Shown here: positions 59,493 through 64,000 of the stretch, piece by piece
Numbering within the stretch: position 1 is the stretch's first letter
Layout of the letters: the number at the start of each line of letters is the position of its first letter
Assembly (NCBI GenBank): GCA_022844165.1
Contig: JALHMH010000005.1
Coordinates: 1 to 64,000, forward strand
Length of the DNA: 64,000 nucleotides
Origin: Lysobacterales bacterium
GTDB lineage: Bacteria; Pseudomonadota; Gammaproteobacteria; Xanthomonadales; SZUA-5
Direction of reading: 5' to 3'
The notes under the pieces: generated by a model
What the model was told of the DNA's origin: nothing
The model's database searches: none
What the model saw: the letters and a program-made list of their open reading frames with translations, nothing else
Made by a program: the position numbers and the translations under genes

Positions 59493-60890
59493 ATGGTCCA
59501 GCCTCTCTTCAGCGCCGATCTATTGCGACGATACGATCAGTCTGGTCCTCGCTATACGTCTTACCCCACCGCACCGACATTCCAGCCGGACTTCGGCGAA
59601 GACGATCTGCGCCAGCAGGCAATGCGCAGCAATGCCGATCTGATACCGCGTTCGCTGTCGGTGTATGTGCACATCCCATTTTGCTTCAACCCCTGCTTTT
59701 ACTGCGGCTGCAACCGAATCGTGACGCGCGACACGGCCCGAGGCGAGCGCTATGTAGAGCGCCTTGAACGCGAGATCGAGTTGATTTCGCCGCTATTTGA
59801 CCGCGACCGGGATGTCGTGCAATTGCACTTTGGCGGCGGGACACCCAACTTTCTGTCGTCACAGTTGCTGCTTCGCATCGTCGCAAGCCTGCAACGCAAC
59901 TTCCAACTCAGCCAAACCACGTCGCGCGATTTCTCGATCGAACTGGACCCGCGGTCCGTTGTCACCGACGACATTCCGGCGTTGGTTGCAGCTGGACTAA
60001 ATCGCGCGAGTCTTGGTATCCAGGACTTCGATCCAGAAGTACAACTCGCTGTCAATCGCGTTCAGGACGAAACGCACACCCTGTCGATCATCGATGCCTG
60101 CCGGCAGGCGGGCATGCGCTCGGTGAACGTCGATCTCATTTACGGATTGCCGAAACAAACCCAAGACGGCTTCTCAAGAACCCTGGCGAGCGTCCTGTCA
60201 GCGCGCCCGGATCGTATCGCGTTGTACGGTTACGCCCATATGCCTCAGCTCTTCCGTGCACAAAGGCAGATTGAAGACAGCGCGCTGCCGAGCGCCGATG
60301 CCAAGCTCAACTTGCTGCAGCTTGCGATCGATCGGCTGACAACCGCAGGTTATCAGTACATCGGAATGGACCACTTTGCGTTACCCACCGACGAATTGGC
60401 ACTGGCTCAACAACGCGGTGCACTGCATCGCAACTTCATGGGTTACACCACGCATGCCGAATGCGACTTGATCGGGTTGGGCGTGAGCGCGATCAGCCAT
60501 ATTGGCGACAGTTTCAGCCAAAGCGTCCGCGAACTGCCCGCCTGGGAATCAGCCATCGATTCGGGCAGGTTGCCCGTATGGCGCGGCCTGGCGCTGACCG
60601 AGGACGATCTTTTGCGCAACGCTGTCATCCAATCGCTGATGTGTCACAGCCGCATCGACATTCGCCACATCGAGCAGCGTTTTAAGATCAACTTTGGAGC
60701 CTACTTCGACTCGTCGCTCGCGCAACTGACCGCGTTGCAGGAAGATCATCTGGTTGCTGTCGACGCCGAGCACATTGAAGTTCCCGTTCGCGGGCGAATG
60801 CTGCTGCGCCGAGTGGCGATGTGCTTCGATCGGTATCTCGACCCCACTTTTGCATCGAGCACCTCAGCGCGGTATTCCCGGGTGATCTGA
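59493..60890 (+). CDS. hemN: Oxygen-independent coproporphyrinogen III oxidase
   Basis: GPRYTSYPTA, YVHIPFCFNPCFYCGC, GGGTP, IGMDHFA, RNFMGY, RYSRVI. Confidence 0.96.
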   Translation: MVQPLFSADLLRRYDQSGPRYTSYPTAPTFQPDFGEDDLRQQAMRSNADLIPRSLSVYVHIPFCFNPCFYCGCNRIVTRDTARGERYVERLEREIELISPLFDRDRDVVQLHFGGGTPNFLSSQLLLRIVASLQRNFQLSQTTSRDFSIELDPRSVVTDDIPALVAAGLNRASLGIQDFDPEVQLAVNRVQDETHTLSIIDACRQAGMRSVNVDLIYGLPKQTQDGFSRTLASVLSARPDRIALYGYAHMPQLFRAQRQIEDSALPSADAKLNLLQLAIDRLTTAGYQYIGMDHFALPTDELALAQQRGALHRNFMGYTTHAECDLIGLGVSAISHIGDSFSQSVRELPAWESAIDSGRLPVWRGLALTEDDLLRNAVIQSLMCHSRIDIRHIEQRFKINFGAYFDSSLAQLTALQEDHLVAVDAEHIEVPVRGRMLLRRVAMCFDRYLDPTFASSTSARYSRVI

Positions 60891-61061
60891 AGCCGCCAGA
60901 GTCTGGACGCCTGAATCGAATTTCCGGTCGCCAGTCGTGGCGGCCTGCAGGCTCGTGTATGTTCATTCGCGTGAAGCGTCCGGACTGCCTTGGATGCACT
61001 CGGCCATCGGCCAGCTGTCTAAAACCCTGACGCATCTCAACAACAGACTGAAGAACGACGC

Positions 61062-61949
61062 ATGACGCCAGACCGACGATCAGGACTTTTGCTGGCGGCG
61101 CTCTCCGCGATTCTTTTTTCCGGCAAAGCGATCGTCGTTAAGCTGATGTATCGCCACAATGTCGATCCGGAAACGGTGATCGCATTGCGCATGGGCATGT
61201 CTGCGCCGGTTTTCGGCGCTATCGCATGGTGGCAGGCGCAAGGATCTGAACGCCTGTGCGGGCGCGATCTTCGCACCGTGGCTGTGCTGGGCTTCCTTGG
61301 CTATTACCTGTCGAGCCTGCTGGACTTCTGGGGACTGATGTATGTCTCTGCAGCGCTCGAACGCCTGATCTTGTTCTTGACGCCGACGTTGGTGCTGCTG
61401 ATCTCTGCGGTCGTCCTGCATCGCAAGATCAATGCACGCCAATGGCTGGCGATGGCTGTCAGCTACGTCGGCATTTCCCTGGTCTTCATCGAAAACCTGC
61501 GCTGGGGTGGCGACCAGGTGCTGCTCGGCGCCGGCCTGGTTTTCGCCGCTGCATTGTCATACGCGTTGTACTTAATCGTCTCTGGCGAGATTGTCCAGCG
61601 TATCGGCAGCACTCGGCTGGTTGCCTATGTCATGTGCGTTGCATGCGCCCTGTCGCTGGGTCACTACGCGCTGGTGCATCCACCCACAGAATTGTTCGCA
61701 CAAACAACGCCCGTCCTTGGACTGTCGGCAATCAACGCCGTTTTTTGCACGATTCTGCCAGTGTTCCTGACGATGTACGCAATATCGAGAGTCGGCGCAC
61801 CCAGCACGTCGCAGATGAGTGTGCTCGGTCCGATCTCTTTGCTTTTTCTTTCGGCGTGGCTGCTGCAGGAACCGGTCACAAGCGTGCAGTTGCTTGGCGC
61901 AGCCATCGTCATCGGCGGGGTGTTGCTGATCTCGACCCCGGCTCGCTGA
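61062..61949 (+). CDS. DMT/EamA family transporter
   Basis: About 10 TM helices, FSGKAIVVK, ERLILFLTP, two EamA repeats. Confidence 0.9.
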   Translation: MTPDRRSGLLLAALSAILFSGKAIVVKLMYRHNVDPETVIALRMGMSAPVFGAIAWWQAQGSERLCGRDLRTVAVLGFLGYYLSSLLDFWGLMYVSAALERLILFLTPTLVLLISAVVLHRKINARQWLAMAVSYVGISLVFIENLRWGGDQVLLGAGLVFAAALSYALYLIVSGEIVQRIGSTRLVAYVMCVACALSLGHYALVHPPTELFAQTTPVLGLSAINAVFCTILPVFLTMYAISRVGAPSTSQMSVLGPISLLFLSAWLLQEPVTSVQLLGAAIVIGGVLLISTPAR

Positions 61950-64000
61950 TCAGGCTGCAGCGGCCTTGGGCAATCGCAACAGCCGAAAATCGATGTCCTC
62001 GACTTTCAACGGCTCGCCCAGATAGTGTCCTTGCCCGTAATCGGCGCCCGATTCAGCAACCCACTTAAGCGTGTGCGCGCTGCCAACGTGTTCGGCGATC
62101 ACCTTCAGATCCAGAGCGTGCGCCAACGCGACCATCGATGCCACCATGGTTCGATCGCGCGCCGATTCTCCCAAATCGGCGACAAAACTGCCTTCGATCT
62201 TGACGAAATCGACGGGCAGATGCTTGAGGTGGCTGATCGATGAAAAGCCCGTTCCGAAATCGTCCAGGGCAAAGCGCACGCCTTGTTTGCGCAAACTCTG
62301 GATGAACCTTCGAGCCGTATGCAGACTGCCGATTTCGCTGGTTTCCGTGACTTCAAAAATAACACGTTCAGCAGAGACCCCTGAACCGGCAATCAAGTTG
62401 TCGATCAATTTCATCGAGTCGGCATCTTGCAGTGTTGCGTTCGAAAGATTGATGGTCAGTCCCACACGCGAGTCTGCATCGAGCGCAGCAAGGAACTTCA
62501 GCGCCCTGCCGATCACCCATAGGTCGATCTTAGGCATCATGCCGACGCGTTCGGCAAGTGGCACAAATACGCTGGGGCTGACGATCTGACCGTCGCGATT
62601 AATCATGCGTATCAGCACTTCGAACAATGCCTCCCCGCCTGTGTGCTGGAGCAAACGCCACGCCTGATTACGCAATGCGGCTTCATCGACATCGCGAAGC
62701 ACCGGCATCGGCAGGATGGGCTGCATCAGCAGCACGAAACGATCTTCATGCAACGCATCTTTGAGGCGCACGATCCAGCCGGCATCCAACTCTCGCGCGA
62801 TGCGCGCATCGGCACCCGCAACGTAGATCTGCGTTTGATCGCGCCCACGCCGTTTTGCATCCTGGCAAGCCAGACGCGCATGTTCCAACACGTACTCGCC
62901 GCTCGGCGCGTCGCCAGAAAGAATCGCCACGCCAACGGATCCCGACACCATCGCCGGACGGCCATACATCAAGTAGCGGGCGTCCTTGAGCAGTTCGCGG
63001 AGTCCATCGGCGATCGTGAACAGATTTTCGAGCTGCACGTTCGAAAGCACCATGGCGAAGTGGTCGTCTTCCAGTCGCGCCACCAGATCATCCTGGCGCA
63101 AGCGTTGCGACAGCAGTTGCCCAACGTCGGCGAGCACGCGATCTGCCGCCTGTTGTCCGGAGTTTTCGACAATCGCGTGAAAACGGTCGATATCGATATA
63201 GAGCAATGCCGAGTATCCGCCGCGTTCGCGCCTGCGTTCGAGTTCCTGCGTCAGCGACTGGATCAAGTGTCGACGATTCGCCAGGCCGGTTAATTGATCG
63301 TGCTGCAACTCCCAGCGCAGACGATCCGCACTCTTACGCTCGGAGATGTTCCGGAACACGACCACCGTGCCCTCGCGGCGTCCCGAGATCGCCAGAGACA
63401 ACACGGTACATTCGACCGGCAGCGGCTGCCCGAGGCGTGTCCAGAACACGGTCTCATGGCCGTTGAGTTCCTGGCCGTTGGCGTACGCCTTGGACAACGC
63501 CGATTCGCTGCTGCTGACCGGCTCACCGTCTTCGGCGGCAAAGTGAAACAAACTATGCGCCGTCTTGCCAATCAGGTCCTCTTCATCGAGAAAATTCAGT
63601 AGCCGAATCGCCGCGGGATTGACGAAGGTGATGACGCCCTGCCCGTCAACGCCGTACACGCCATCGCCCACCGATCGTAAGATCCCGCCGAGTCGTTGAC
63701 GATCCGCCTCGATGGACTTTTGCGTCTGGATCGTACGCGCCAGTGCCTTGATGCGGACCAGTGTCAGCTCCAGCACTTCGTTTTTGAACATGCACTCCAT
63801 CGCACCGGCCTCAAGGCACTTCTTGATGATGGCGTCCTTGTAACTGCCAGTAATGATGGCGATCGGCATGTGTTGGGTCGTCGGCGACTCGACGAACTTG
63901 CGCGTCAGCTCATCGCCACTGCCATCTGGCAGGTAGTAGTCGAGTATCGCCAGATCGTAGGCGCCGGATTGTCCCTTGGCAAAACCCTCCTGGATCGAAG
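61950..64000 (-). CDS. REC-PAS-GGDEF(degenerate)-EAL protein, 5' end outside window
   Basis: Open frame to window end (YDLAILDYYLPDGSG receiver), PAS FVNPAA, HDQLTGLANR, RLEDDHF instead of GGDEF, EVL, DDFGTG. Confidence 0.9.
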   Translation of the reverse strand, partial: SIQEGFAKGQSGAYDLAILDYYLPDGSGDELTRKFVESPTTQHMPIAIITGSYKDAIIKKCLEAGAMECMFKNEVLELTLVRIKALARTIQTQKSIEADRQRLGGILRSVGDGVYGVDGQGVITFVNPAAIRLLNFLDEEDLIGKTAHSLFHFAAEDGEPVSSSESALSKAYANGQELNGHETVFWTRLGQPLPVECTVLSLAISGRREGTVVVFRNISERKSADRLRWELQHDQLTGLANRRHLIQSLTQELERRRERGGYSALLYIDIDRFHAIVENSGQQAADRVLADVGQLLSQRLRQDDLVARLEDDHFAMVLSNVQLENLFTIADGLRELLKDARYLMYGRPAMVSGSVGVAILSGDAPSGEYVLEHARLACQDAKRRGRDQTQIYVAGADARIARELDAGWIVRLKDALHEDRFVLLMQPILPMPVLRDVDEAALRNQAWRLLQHTGGEALFEVLIRMINRDGQIVSPSVFVPLAERVGMMPKIDLWVIGRALKFLAALDADSRVGLTINLSNATLQDADSMKLIDNLIAGSGVSAERVIFEVTETSEIGSLHTARRFIQSLRKQGVRFALDDFGTGFSSISHLKHLPVDFVKIEGSFVADLGESARDRTMVASMVALAHALDLKVIAEHVGSAHTLKWVAESGADYGQGHYLGEPLKVEDIDFRLLRLPKAAAA

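Noticed and set aside
63030-63090. Degenerate GGDEF (RLEDDHF) as a novelty
   Set aside because: Inactive GGDEF domains in EAL hybrids are common

Overview
Core-chromosome segment (about 60% GC) of a Xanthomonadales/Lysobacterales bacterium. The HisRS type, UvrD and the style of secreted proteins suggest an Ahniella/Aquimonas/Dokdonella-like lineage; this is inference. Housekeeping genes: aspS, prlC, corA, hisS, merR-ihfA-pheT, uvrD, sppA, rimP-nusA-infB-rbfA-truB and hemN. These are interleaved with secreted or envelope proteins (cyanophycinase, two PhoD, Calx-beta, beta-helix, beta-propeller and PPC-like proteins), an orphan gspL-M-N trio and two GGDEF-EAL proteins. I found no tRNA, rRNA, CRISPR-Cas system or intact transposase. 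Most notable: (1) a short C-terminal GFE-type tail shared by unrelated exported proteins and by an orphan gene remnant, a candidate unrecognised sorting signal; (2) an uncharacterised C-terminal beta domain present in both normal and circularly permuted order; (3) pheT without pheS, preceded by a three-hairpin RNA or Phe-containing mini-ORF plus terminator; (4) an exact 32-bp duplication of the ycaQ-like gene start; (5) a 58-bp element repeated 58.6 kb apart, one copy sitting where a gene is truncated; (6) an orphan HAL-type MIO enzyme with two ~50-aa insertions next to hisS.
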